From Emiliania huxleyi CCMP1516 (taxonomy: Eukaryota), in NCBI RefSeq assembly GCF_000372725.1, contig NW_005201392.1:661660-725659 (forward strand): a DNA stretch of 64,000 bases. Direction: 5' to 3'. The notes under the pieces were generated by a model. That model was given only the letters and a program-made list of their open reading frames with translations, did not search any database and was not told the DNA's origin. Positions within the stretch are counted from its first letter, which is position 1; every line of letters begins with the position of its first letter. The position numbers and the translations under genes are program-made. Below, in pieces: positions 44,792-55,736 of this stretch.

Positions 44792-45721
44792 CTAGACGGA
44801 GGAGGGCGTTGGTCCAGTCCGGCGCTCACCGCGCGGCTGCGACGCTGGCTGCAGTGCACGTCTGGGGCGCAAAAGCTTTGCAGCGTCATTTGCGTTCGCC
44901 GGCCCCGACCCGCATCCATCAAATGATCCCGCGAGGAAGTCGCGGCGCCACCGGTCAGCGGCGAGCGGCGGGGCGAACTGGCTCAGAGTGTGTGCTGTAA
45001 GGGAAGAGAGCGGCACCTGCCACAGCCGCAGCACGCGCTGCCGGTTATCCTCGGTAGCAGCCACGCAGACGATTGTGCCGGTGAGCGCGAAGGTGACGGC
45101 AACGGAGAGCGTCGCGCCAGGCGGTAAGTAGCTGAGAGATGACCTGCATGCGTCTGGCATAGTCGCTTCCAGGCAGCATAGAAAAGCAATGCCTGCGACA
45201 CTGGCGGAGGTTGGCACCCAGAGCAGGCGGCGCATGACACGCCACAAGGTGACGCCGTCAATCTCCACGTCACACCAGGCCGTTCGATTCGTCACCAAGA
45301 TCCACGCGATAGCCGCCGCAATGGCGAATACTAGCATGGCGCTCACAAGCGCGTCGGCACCGCCCTCCTTTTGCCAGTCCATCAGCAGAATCGGGCCGTG
45401 GTGGAGCGGAGCAAAGAGTTGGGCCCAAAAGATGAATGTGCGAGGGACCACACGTGTGGAAGACGTCATCGCCTGACTTGCGACCAGAGAGGACACGGAA
45501 AAGACGAGCGCAGAGATACAACAGAAGAGCTCGTCCGAGCGTCCCAAGCCGTGGATGGCGATTGGTGGAACTGCGACAATAGCTAGCACGATGCAGAGCG
45601 GCCGAGCCACGATTTTGGCGCTCATGATCAGAGAGGACGGCACTCTGACATCCGCCCGTGGATGCTCGCTGTGGGCGCTCAAGCTCTCGAGACTGGCGAT
45701 CGAGGAGCCGGTCATTTCCAC
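44792..45721 (-). CDS. Hypothetical multi-pass membrane protein (possibly 5'-truncated)
   Basis: ORF with about six hydrophobic helices. Its ending (LWRVMR..S..VAVTFAL..AATEDNRQRV) resembles the C-terminal membrane module of 39606-42578. Confidence 0.55.
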   Translation of the reverse strand: MEMTGSSIASLESLSAHSEHPRADVRVPSSLIMSAKIVARPLCIVLAIVAVPPIAIHGLGRSDELFCCISALVFSVSSLVASQAMTSSTRVVPRTFIFWAQLFAPLHHGPILLMDWQKEGGADALVSAMLVFAIAAAIAWILVTNRTAWCDVEIDGVTLWRVMRRLLWVPTSASVAGIAFLCCLEATMPDACRSSLSYLPPGATLSVAVTFALTGTIVCVAATEDNRQRVLRLWQVPLSSLTAHTLSQFAPPLAADRWRRDFLAGSFDGCGSGPANANDAAKLLRPRRALQPASQPRGERRTGPTPSSV

Positions 45722-46503
45722 GGGACGCCACTGCGAGGAGCTGGTCGATCAGGTTTATCCGAGACACGGCATCTCCCGACCTCAAAGGCACCAAGTGCAA
45801 AAACAAACAAACTCTCTCTCTCCCAAGTGCAGACACCAAAAAGCAAGGCATAATCGCCTCGCGTCGAACGCTTATTCACCCGCCCAGCACTGTGTGGTCT
45901 TCCGCATCGATAAGCTGCGGCGCCGATTTCTGAGTTTTGTTGATTGACTTCTGTGCCGTAGAAGAGCCCATGCCGACACTAACTTCGAGCGCCGTAAAGA
46001 CGTCTAACGAGAGCTGATCCAGCAGACGTCGCTTTGTGCCAGGGCGCCGAGGGCGCCACTGTCGCTGCTGCTGCTGTCTCCAGAGACCGTTTGCCCTCAC
46101 CGCAGACGGCGCGCCGCTGCCTATGACGATCGGCTGGCGACCCGTTAGGGTCGACAGTTGAGCTAGGGAGTGTTGCGATGGCCGCCCAAATGCGAACGCA
46201 GGAGATAAAGTGCTTTGCGGCGACGTACCGTGGGAAGGTTCAAGTCGCCGCTCGGTTTCATTAGAAGCTCCTTGACACGTGAAGTTCTACGTGCGTTCCA
46301 CGGGGACAAGGCGCAGCCGAGCTGTTGGAAAGAGACAGGGGTCTCTCTCGTTGCGCGTTTCCCGTGCTCACGATGCCTCTCCCAATGCGGAATGCCTCCC
46401 AGTGCCCAATGGCTTCCAATCCTCATGGCTACCAATCACCTAAGGCTCCCATCGGGCGGGCAAGCAACCCCCCACACTGCCACACACCCACCCACCCACC
46501 CAG

Positions 46504-46597
46504 GCGCGCTCTACTCTTGGGGCGCGGGGCAGTGCGGCCGCCTCGGGCACGGGGACGAGTCCAAGCAGCTGCTGCCGAAACGCGTGGACGCCCTTGC
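46504..46597 (+). pseudogene. Isolated RCC1-repeat exon fragment
   Basis: ALYSWGAGQCGRLGHGDESKQLLPKRVDAL follows a CAG acceptor. No other RCC1 exons are visible nearby. Confidence 0.55.
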
Positions 46598-46849
46598 AGC
46601 ACGCTTACGCTTCACTGCATGATGCCAACACTGTCACTCTCGCCCCAGAGCATCTCGGTGGTGGTGCCGAGATGCGGTGGTGGAGGTGGAGGTGGTGGAG
46701 GAGGGCGCTGCGTCAGCGCTCCGTGAGGCTGAGTGTGGAGCGGGCTCTCGCCCGCGCCGCAGAAGACTGAGAACAAACAACACCGCCCGAGTGTACGCAC
46801 GTTGTACTTTTAGCTTACTGGGAGAAAGGGGAGAGGGGGTTGTGTTCTC

Positions 46850-47235
46850 TAGGCCCCTAAGGGCCCTACGCGCGCGGCGTGAGAGCTCGGAAGCGAGCTT
46901 TGCACGGCGATCGACGATGGCGCGGTTCACCCCCTTCACCGAAGCGATGGAGATGCGTTCCGCGTGGTGTGACACAAATGAGAGGCGGGAGTGGGGAGGG
47001 TACGCGGTGCGGTCAACGCCCGGGCGTTGAGCCTTGCGCGCAAGGCGGTTGATCTTTGCAACTGCAGGCGGCGAGAAGCCGCCGCCGAATGTCTCGTGAA
47101 GAAGCAGGTTGAACTTGTTTCGTTTGGTGAAGATCCCATCATGGTAGTGGCCACGCTGTGACTTGACGTAGCCTTGGCCGGTGGTGTGGTCGAACGCCCG
47201 TTGACCACAGAACCCGCGTTGCTTGCAGCCCATGT
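46850..47235 (-). mobile_element. 3' fragment of an RLE-type (CRE-like) non-LTR retrotransposon
   Basis: FDHTTGQGYV..GHYHDGIFTKRNKFNLLLHETFGGGFSPPAVAKINRLARK..DRTAY..SFVSHHAERISIASVK is paralogous to 7785-7972. Confidence 0.6.
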
Positions 47236-48221
47236 TTGCAAGGCGGGCGCGCTCTTCGGTGTTGCGGCCTGAAACCTACATGGAGAGGGCGGCCGCCCCG
47301 CTGTAGCATCAGTGCGATCGTCCGTCCATATTGGCCTCGTCCGTACGGAGGTGTCAGCCCAGCTTCTCAGCATGACCACGCTGCTCGCGACACCTCTCGC
47401 TCAGCCCAGGCAAAAAACGTGCTTTTCATCGTCTCGTGGACAACTACCGTCCAGCTAGATAATGCCGCGCATGGACCAATGGACGCGCTCGCGCAGAGCG
47501 GCACACATTCTCGCGCGCCTTCTGCCAAGATCTGTGAAATTCTTCTCTCCTCTGCCCGTGCCCTTTTGTTTCGTACCAATGTCTGAATGGCGATCGAAGC
47601 GGCCTTCCTCACTACCTCGAGAGAGAGTGTCGTGCGTTGAAATCTCGCGGTTTTTCTTTAATTCGTCGGATTACTTTCGTGTGTGGACCCCCCCCCCTCT
47701 TGACTTGGGCCCTCGGGGAGGCCTGCCACGGGCGGCGCCTTCTCTCGAGGTCTCGAGATACACAAAGCGGCCAAGCCGCCGCCCCCCCCGCCACTGCGGC
47801 GCCCACCACCTTAAAATGCGTCTTGTCCTTTCGCATGCGACCTCACACGGCGTCGAGCGCCGTAGAGACGGCCCCGAGAGCCGCCGCCAGGTGTGCCACG
47901 ACCCACGCACGAACGACCGCGAGGCTCGTGGCGGTGGACGCGCCAGACCCGCTTTGCGCCGCCGAGCTCAACGCCCGATACTCGGTCAGAGCCGGCGGAG
48001 CGACGGCGGCAGAGGTGCGGCCGCCGTCGCATTCGACGAGCGACCATTCACAGCCTTGTTATTGAGAAGAAAATACCTCCGATGGCGCTCTGCGCTGGTC
48101 TGTTCACAGCCTTGTTATGAGAAGAAAATACGTTCGAGAAAGCCAGCTGAAGGAGTGCTGCTATCGACCTTGCCCAGCCGCTCGGCCCGCTCCGGCTCAA
48201 CGAGACGCACGAGCCTTCGCG

Positions 48222-49175
48222 ATGGCCGGCGCCAACGAGACGCACGAGCTCTCGGGGCCACTGCTCAAGGAAGGAGACCGCGGGATCGCCTGGTACAAGC
48301 GTTACTTCGTGCTGAATCGCCACACCAGCGGCGTCGGCGTCCTTCACTGCTACACGAACAAATCGGCCTGGGAGGAGCCTGGCGTGATGCCAGTTGCCTC
48401 ACTTAACCTCGCGGGCGCAACCGTGTCTAGCACAAAGGGCGATCGTCCTGGCAAGGTCGTGTTCCGCATCAACCTTCCACCGCCATCCAACTCGCAGAAG
48501 CGCCGGAAGCTCGTGCTTGGCTTGCCCGAGGAGGCGAGCGAGGCCCTGGAGATGAACGCGCCTCCGCTGAGCGAGTGGGTGGAGGCGCTAGGCCGATGCG
48601 GATGCACAAGCGAGCGCGCCGATGGCGCGATGGTGCCGTCCTCTGGCCGCCTGCTCACGGCCGCGTCGTCCTTTGCCATCAAGGAGACGCCTCGAGGTGG
48701 CCCCCCGCCCAAGGAGTACACACGCCTCGCAGAGATTGGCGACGACGGTGACGACAACGAGACCGGCGGCGAGAAGGGCGGCGGAGGCGAGGAGGGTAGC
48801 GGAGCCGGCAGCGACAAGGTTCTCGACGAGGAGGCCCCTCTCAGCCGCAGCGGCCCGATGCCGACCACAGACGCCGGGCCGGCGGCACGCGGCGCCGCCG
48901 ATCCGCCCGGCCCATCGTGGCTCCGGCGGATCGTGTACACGCTGGTTGCCCTGCTGACGCTGTGGGCCGCCGCCTTTGTCGTCCTCGACGCCGCGCCGGG
49001 CGAGGTCCCGGGCGAGGCCGCCTTCATGGAGGGCACGCGCGCCGTGCCGGGCGCCGTCGGTGGCGCCGCCTCTGGCGGAGTCTCGTGGGTGGAGGCGGAG
49101 GCGCGGGAGCTCGACCGGATGCAGCGAGGGTTCGACCAGGGCTGGGCGGACGGAGAGAATGCCGGCCGGATCTGA
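48222..49175 (+). CDS. PH-domain protein with a C-terminal transmembrane helix
   Basis: LSGPLLKEG..WYKRYFVL..LHCYT..SLNLAGATV..EWVEAL is a PH fold. IVYTLVALLTLWAAAFVVL is a TM helix. Single exon. Confidence 0.8.
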   Translation: MAGANETHELSGPLLKEGDRGIAWYKRYFVLNRHTSGVGVLHCYTNKSAWEEPGVMPVASLNLAGATVSSTKGDRPGKVVFRINLPPPSNSQKRRKLVLGLPEEASEALEMNAPPLSEWVEALGRCGCTSERADGAMVPSSGRLLTAASSFAIKETPRGGPPPKEYTRLAEIGDDGDDNETGGEKGGGGEEGSGAGSDKVLDEEAPLSRSGPMPTTDAGPAARGAADPPGPSWLRRIVYTLVALLTLWAAAFVVLDAAPGEVPGEAAFMEGTRAVPGAVGGAASGGVSWVEAEARELDRMQRGFDQGWADGENAGRI

Positions 49176-49510
49176 AGGGGCCGAGCGCCGCAGGGGCCCA
49201 CACCTATATCCAAGATTATCCAACTAGAGGAGTCGAGAGCCGATTTTCGTTGCGGTGTTTGTACCGTACGGTCTCGCGCGTGAAGTGTGTGTGTGTGTCG
49301 TCGTCCACCCGCCTGTACATTACACCTGTTTCAGATACAGTGCAAAAAGGACTCAGCGCGTTGAGATGACGGGCACGGCGGAGCGCGAGATAGCGGCGCG
49401 GAGAATCGAGAAAACTGACGGAAATGTGAAAACGAAACTGACGACTGTTTTTTCGTAAATTTAAAGATTAGTCATTAGACTACAGAGAATGGATGTCAAA
49501 AAGGACTCTC

Positions 49511-51070
49511 TCAGGTGGACGCGATCCACTCACACAGGATCCGGTTGGTCACGTCGGGGACGTCGTCTTGCGGCACGTGCCCGGCGACGACCTCCTCGAA
49601 GCGCGTGGCCGGCAGCCGCGCCGACCGCTCACGGAAGTACTTCCCGACTGGGCCTGCGTATCAAAATCTCCGTGGTAACTGCTGCATTAGGCAAGCCAAC
49701 GAAACGACAAGGTTCCGGTGGCCGGGCGGGCATGCCCTCACCCGTCATCGGAGCGAGCTTGTCCTGGTCACCCCAGACGGCGAGGATCGGAAAGTCGTCC
49801 CCCAGCGCGTCGGCGGCGGGGAAGGGGAGGGGGCCGCCGTCGTTGGTGTAGATCTGCCGGAGGACCTCGACCGCGGCGGCCTTGTCCCTCGCGAGCGAGA
49901 GGTAGTCCTATGGAGAGGCTCCGGGACCGGCAAGGCTCCCAAGCGGCGGCGGCGGCGTGGTCTGTGTGTGAGTCGTGCGTGTGTGCACAGGGCGTCAGGG
50001 TGTGACCGCGGTGTGTGTGTGTGTGTGCGTGTGTGTGTGTGCGTGCGTGCGTGTGTGTGTTGTTGTGTTGTGTGCCCGCATGTGCAAGCGTGCGTTGGAG
50101 TCACTCGCCAGCGGTGTGTAGCACTCGCCTGCACAAGCTCGTCGTCCACGCGTTCTGAGTTGACGTACACGCTGCCTACGTCACTCGCAAAGAATAACCA
50201 CAAGCAGGAGCTGACAGACACGCTGCCTCGGCCATCACTCGTGGGGGGGGGAGGCCTGGAGTGTGTCTTCTAAACATACGGATCCGTACAGCTGGATCCG
50301 CACCCCGCATCTTTCACTGTGGTCGCCCCCGTGAGTACTCACGGGACTGTGAGAGCCCCGGTGTGAAGAGAGCGTAAGGGGTCGCATCTTAACAGCTGGC
50401 GCATCTAGGGCCTGCTGCCCTCCAAGGCGCCGCGCACGGTCTCGGCGGTGGCGAACCTGTCGAGGATCGCGGCGAGCAGCCACCTGCTCGCGGGTCAATC
50501 TCGTGTCCATCTCGGCGCAATCTCGGGCAATCTCGGCTCCGTCGCGGCGAGCAGCGGCCGGTCCTCTCGAGTGCTACTCGGGTCTGCACGTCTCGAGATG
50601 TGGGGAGATGTGGGGAGATGTGGGGAGATATGGGGAGACGCCTCTGGTTGAAGATCAGGTCGACGAGCGAGAGGACCGCGCCGAAGATGGCCAGCTGCCA
50701 GCCGGGCGCCGCCCGCTCCACCTCCACGCCCTTCGCCGCCTGCTCCGCGCGCCACGCCTCCACCTGGAGACAAGTCCGCCGAGTGCGCTCAGACGGCGTC
50801 GAGATCCGCCGAGGCTGCGCCGAGGTTGCGCCGAGGCTGCGCCTTGAGCGCGTTCTTGTTGTTCATTCCGACGCCGCAGTTCATCATGCCCACCGCGCGG
50901 GCAGGCGTGCCCTACCGATGGACCAGCTGAAGGATGGGCGCAGCTCAACTGATGACGACCGCGCGGGCCGGCGTGCCCTGGGGCGGAGAGGGCGGTGTGG
51001 GGTGTGGTGGAAAAAGCGGTGAGGGCGGGTGGTGGTGTGGGCGGCGGTGGCGGCGGCGGCGGCGGCGGTT

Positions 51071-51105
<35 letters not shown>

Positions 51106-51569
51106 GCGGCGGCGGCGAGATGTGTGGCGATGTCGGTGCCGAGATGCTCGAGCGCCTGGGCGGCGAGGGTACGCGCGAGCTCGAGGGCGATGAGCGAGCC
51201 GAAGGAGTGGCCGATGATGACAGGGGCCTCACCTCCCAGCCTCTCTCGCACAAAGGCGGCGCACTGCTCGCGCCAGAGGTCGATGGAGTACTCGACGACC
51301 GGCTGAGCGCTCGCGCCGAGGCCCAAGAGGTCGATTCCGTAGACAGTGTGCGTCGCTGCGAGCGCCGGGACGGTGCTCCGCCAGCAGTTGTACGCCGAGC
51401 CGGCGAAACCGTGCAGCAGCACAACGGGAGGACCGGAGCCAGCGACGTAGTAGGCGCAGTCGCTTCCACGGAAGTTGAATCGCGAGGCGGCGGGGAAGGT
51501 AGTGGTGGGAGGCGATGCGGCGGAGAGTGCGGCGGAGAGACTCAGGGAGAGCGACAGAATCGGCAACAT
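49511..51569 (-). CDS. Alpha/beta-fold hydrolase with a signal-like N-terminus, multi-exon
   Basis: PPVVLLHGF, YGIDLLGLGAS, IIGHSFGSL (GxSxG nucleophile), LAVWGDQDKLAP and AGHVPQDD (catalytic Asp/His). Stop at 49511. Confidence 0.88.
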
Positions 51570-52748
51570 ATACACACATATATATGTGAACAGCAATACT
51601 ATGCCATGTCCCAAAGTCTGTGCAGCTGTGAACAGCAGCTCCTGACCACGGCGCCGCAGGCGCCTGTTGATAGGTCCAGGTGATAGCCCTGGATGGGCAA
51701 TGCATACGCCTCACTGGGCCTCAGATCCCCCGACCGCGTCCCGGTGCTCTGTGGTCGGATTTGTGACTCCGCCGCACCGCGCCGCGGCCGGGGGCCCTCC
51801 GGAGGCCGAGGATGGCCGTGACGGACCGGGACGAGCTCTGGGAGGTTCAGTGTCAGTGTATATATTGTAGAGACTAACCATGTGCACAATATCTCTCAGT
51901 CTAGCTAAGCCTGGGAAGGCGATGCCGGGGCCGTACAGCAGCTTGATGGTGCTTCGCCGGCGTGCGTCCCGGAGCGGTGCCGGACGGGCGGTCCGGGGGA
52001 CAAAATCGGGGGACAACGCCGACGGCGCTCTGATTCGACTTTTGACTTCAAACAAAGCCTACCGCACGCGCCGCGACGCGGCGCGTGCGGTAGGCACTCG
52101 GGATTTTACCAGATCGGCGTGTACCGTGTTCACGCCGGGATCGTGTCCCCGACAAGCTGCACAGACTTTAGCCAAGTACAGTAGGAATAGCAGCTGAGGA
52201 ATGGCAGGATTCCAACTTTTTCCGGGGTATGGTATGTGCGGCGCCAAAAGGGTGGGGGGGTATGGTCCTGACCGCCCAAGGCTAGCCCTCGACAGGGGTG
52301 GTTCCTAGTACTACTATGGAAAAAAGAATTTCGCACTTACGAAACAATGACAAGACCAAGGCACGGGCAGAGGAGCGAGAGAAGAACATAGGATGGATAG
52401 GGCGCCTGTTCACGGCATGGAGGGTGAGCCACGCCGAACGAACGGAGTCCGGAAGACGAATCGATGACGACGACACACGCCACTAGCAATCCCGTCGCCA
52501 GCTGTCACGATGCACCCGAAGGGGACCCCAGCGGCCAGCGCCAACATCATCTGTGGAGGTAGAAGTGTTCGAAAAACGAGAGTGGGCCTGAGCTCAACGA
52601 CATGAACTTGGCGGCAAATGATCCGGAGTGGGTGTCAGAAGAGTCGTCCTTGTGCGAGGAGAGCTTTTGATAAAACTCGAGGGGCCAAAATACGCCGCGA
52701 GGAGGGCGGAGTTGCGCCGAGAGGCGGGAGAAGCCGCGAGAGCAAGGG

Positions 52749-53677
52749 CTGAGCCCTGGCCTCGACACCTCGACACCAAACCTCGACACCAACTCGACAC
52801 CTCGACACCCCATACCAACTCGACCAACTCGACACCCCTCGACACCCCTCGACACCCCTCGACACCATCTAGGCTGAAACCATGCTCGTCCGTGTCAAGG
52901 TGCCAAACTCGACACCTCGACACCCCTCGACACCCCTCGACACCCCTCGACACCCCTCGACACCCCCCTCGACACCCCTCGACACCGCTCGACACCGCTC
53001 GACCCACTCGACACCGCTCATATCCAGCCGGCGGCCTGCCAGCGGCTCTCTTCTTGCTCTTCTGACTGCAAAACTTTATACCCCCCCCCCTCGCCGCCGG
53101 GCCAGCAGCCGTCGAGCACGCCGAAGCGGCGCTGGCGGCGACGTCGGCGGCGTCGGCAGGGGAGGCGCCGTGGGAGGGTGCCCGCTGATGGCAGCTTTGC
53201 TGCCATGCAGATCGCTGCGAACAACAGGCTGGATGCCTAGGCCCCCACTAGGCCCCCACCAGGCCTGCGCTCTCTCGGACGCAAGCTCATGTGTTCTACT
53301 GTGGAGCAGTGTGCTGTGGGGAGAGCTAGGGGAGAGGCGAGGATGGTTTCATTGGTTACAGCAGTTCTGCTATTGAGTATAGCCCCGCGCTAGCCACACG
53401 GACGCTCGACACCGCTCGACACCTTGCGCCACCACGCAACTCGACACGCGCTCGACACGCTCGACACGCTCGACACGCTCGACACCCCTCGACACCCCTC
53501 GACACGGACAAGCATGGTTTCAGCCTCGACAGGCCTCGACAGGCCTCGACAGGCCTCGACAGGCTTCGACAGGCCTCGACAGGCCTCGACAGGCCTCGAC
53601 ACCTCTATCCCTCGTACCCTCGACAGCAGCTCGACACCCTCGACACCGGGCCTCGACACCTCGACACCAGGGCTCAG
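52749..53677. mobile_element. Non-autonomous hAT-like transposon (929 bp)
   Basis: 11 bp TIRs CTGAGCCCTGG / CCAGGGCTCAG, a perfect 8 bp TSD AGCAAGGG (52741-48 and 53678-85), and dense subterminal CTCGACA repeats at both ends. Confidence 0.9.
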
Positions 53678-54419
53678 AGCAAGGGATCGGCAGGCGGCGG
53701 AGTCGTCGCAGAACGAGGCAGAGGAGAGCGACGAGACAGAGGATGAAGCGACAAGAGAGAGAACGACGAGAGTGGGACGACCGCGAGGTGGCATGAAGGT
53801 TGCAGCGAGAATCGGCGAGGGACTGCGAAGAGATGACCCCGGGGCCCGTCGACACCCCAGGCGCACGCCCGCGCACGCCCGCACTACGCGGCACTACGCC
53901 GCGCGCGCGCACCGCGCGCGCACGCTCCGCGCGCACGCCGCACTACGCGGCACTGTGTGGCACTGTGTGGCGCTTCGCCGATCCGAGCAGGGAACCTGGG
54001 CGTTTTGAAATTCCGTGCAAGGGGATGCCGAGGTACGCCGCAGGCCGGGATGGAGTGAGATCTTGCGGGGCAGGGCGTGGGCTAGCGCGCGAGGGCGCAG
54101 GCAAGTGCCCGAGGGTATGGGGGTGGGCGCCACCCTGTGGGGCTACCCGTCCGTACGTAGCATCGATCGTCGGCTCAGTGATGGGTATCCAACCTGAGAG
54201 AGAGAGAGAGAGAGAGAGAGCAGAGAGAGAGAAGTCTACGACCAAATGTCCAGCTCTGCCGCGCCGCTCCTCTACTTCTTCTCACTTCTCGCGCGAGAAT
54301 AGCTCCGTTCATTCTCCGCGGAAAAGAGAAAAGCCGCTCGCTCATTGTGGTCGAAGGCGCAGCCAATAAGTCGCGCTTGCTCCCGTCGCATATATCCTTG
54401 CCTCGACTAGCACTCGAAG

Positions 54420-55436
54420 ATGCAGATCCACCCTTCCACCTCAAGCCTCCGGCCGCGCTCCAACTCAATGGAGATCTTCGCCGAGGCCGTGCGCCTGCCG
54501 CGCTCGGGCAAGCAGTTCGCGTCTGCCGGCGACGTGCAGGACCTCCTCTCGTTCCTTGTCGATGACGACGCTGGCGAGGAGCTCCTCCGCCCGGCTCTGA
54601 TGGAGACGAGGCCCTCCTCATCGGGCTCGGACTCGGGGGTCGAGCCAGCCACCAAGCCCACAGGGAAAAAAGCGCCGAGCAAAAGAGAAAAGAAGGAGAT
54701 TGACTCGTGGACGTCGGACGAGGACGCGCTCATCCTGCGGCTCGTGGAGCAGCACGGCAAGCGGTGGTCCAAGATCGCGGCGACGCTGCCCGGCCGGACC
54801 GACAATGGCGTGCGCAACCGCTGGAATCGCATCTCGCGCGCCGCCGTCCAGCGCGACGCCGGCGGCGAGCAGAGCGGCTACCGCTGCCGCCGGTGCGGCC
54901 AACCAAAGCGCGGGCACACCTGCTCCGCGCTGGGCGCCAAGCCTCTCAAGGCGGCCGCGCATGCGGTGATGGCGCTGGAGAGGCTCGAGAAGGGCGCCGA
55001 GGCCATCCCGCCCCAGCCGCAGCTCGACCGCCGCACGGGCATCTCCGGCATGCTTGGCACAGCCTCCTTGTCGCCTCCTCCCATGCCGCCTCCTCCCTTT
55101 GGGCCAGCCGCCGAGGAAGTCTCGCTGGCCGACGCCGCGCCGTTTCCCGCCGCGGGGTCCGCGACGCCGCCGCCGCCGCCGCCGGTCGTGCCGCCGGCGC
55201 ACGGGCCGGGCGACGCCTTCCTGAGCGAGCTGCACTTCTCGCTGCAGCCGGCTGCCAACGCCGCCGCTTCAAGGGCAGCTCCCTTCCCGGCGCCGGCGGT
55301 CGACCTCTTCCAGCAGGCGCCGCTCGGCGGCTTCGGTGGCGTACCGGTCGGCCTACTGCTCTCACAGCTCCCGCCGCGCCCGCCGGCCTCTGCCGCTCCC
55401 CTCTGGCGGCCAGCCACGCCCGAGGTGCTCGCCTGA
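54420..55436 (+). CDS. Myb-domain transcription factor with a C-x2-C-x6-H-x-C knuckle
   Basis: WTSDEDALILRLVEQHGKRWSKIAATLPGRTDNGVRNRWN is a Myb repeat, followed by YRCRRCGQPKRGHTC. The start may be the ATG at 54468. Confidence 0.9.
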   Translation: MQIHPSTSSLRPRSNSMEIFAEAVRLPRSGKQFASAGDVQDLLSFLVDDDAGEELLRPALMETRPSSSGSDSGVEPATKPTGKKAPSKREKKEIDSWTSDEDALILRLVEQHGKRWSKIAATLPGRTDNGVRNRWNRISRAAVQRDAGGEQSGYRCRRCGQPKRGHTCSALGAKPLKAAAHAVMALERLEKGAEAIPPQPQLDRRTGISGMLGTASLSPPPMPPPPFGPAAEEVSLADAAPFPAAGSATPPPPPPVVPPAHGPGDAFLSELHFSLQPAANAAASRAAPFPAPAVDLFQQAPLGGFGGVPVGLLLSQLPPRPPASAAPLWRPATPEVLA

Positions 55437-55736
55437 CGGAGCGGCACCGGTCGGAGGGCGGAGATCTCTCCGTGTCCATTGCGGCCCACGCTCGTAAAGT
55501 TCCCATGTTTATTATATACGTATTTCGGCTCTTCGTTTTTTAGCGCTTGTTACATGTCAGCCCCTCTACCCCCTTGGAGTGTGAAGGCTTCGTAGCCCTC
55601 CGGTTGCGATGCATGCGCCCGACGCCCGGTGTGTACGACACGAGGTGGAGGTCGGCTCAGACGAGGTGCACACCCACACACGTACACGTCGGCTTTACCC
55701 CCCCCCCCCCCCCCACCTCCCCTTTTCACGCCCGAG

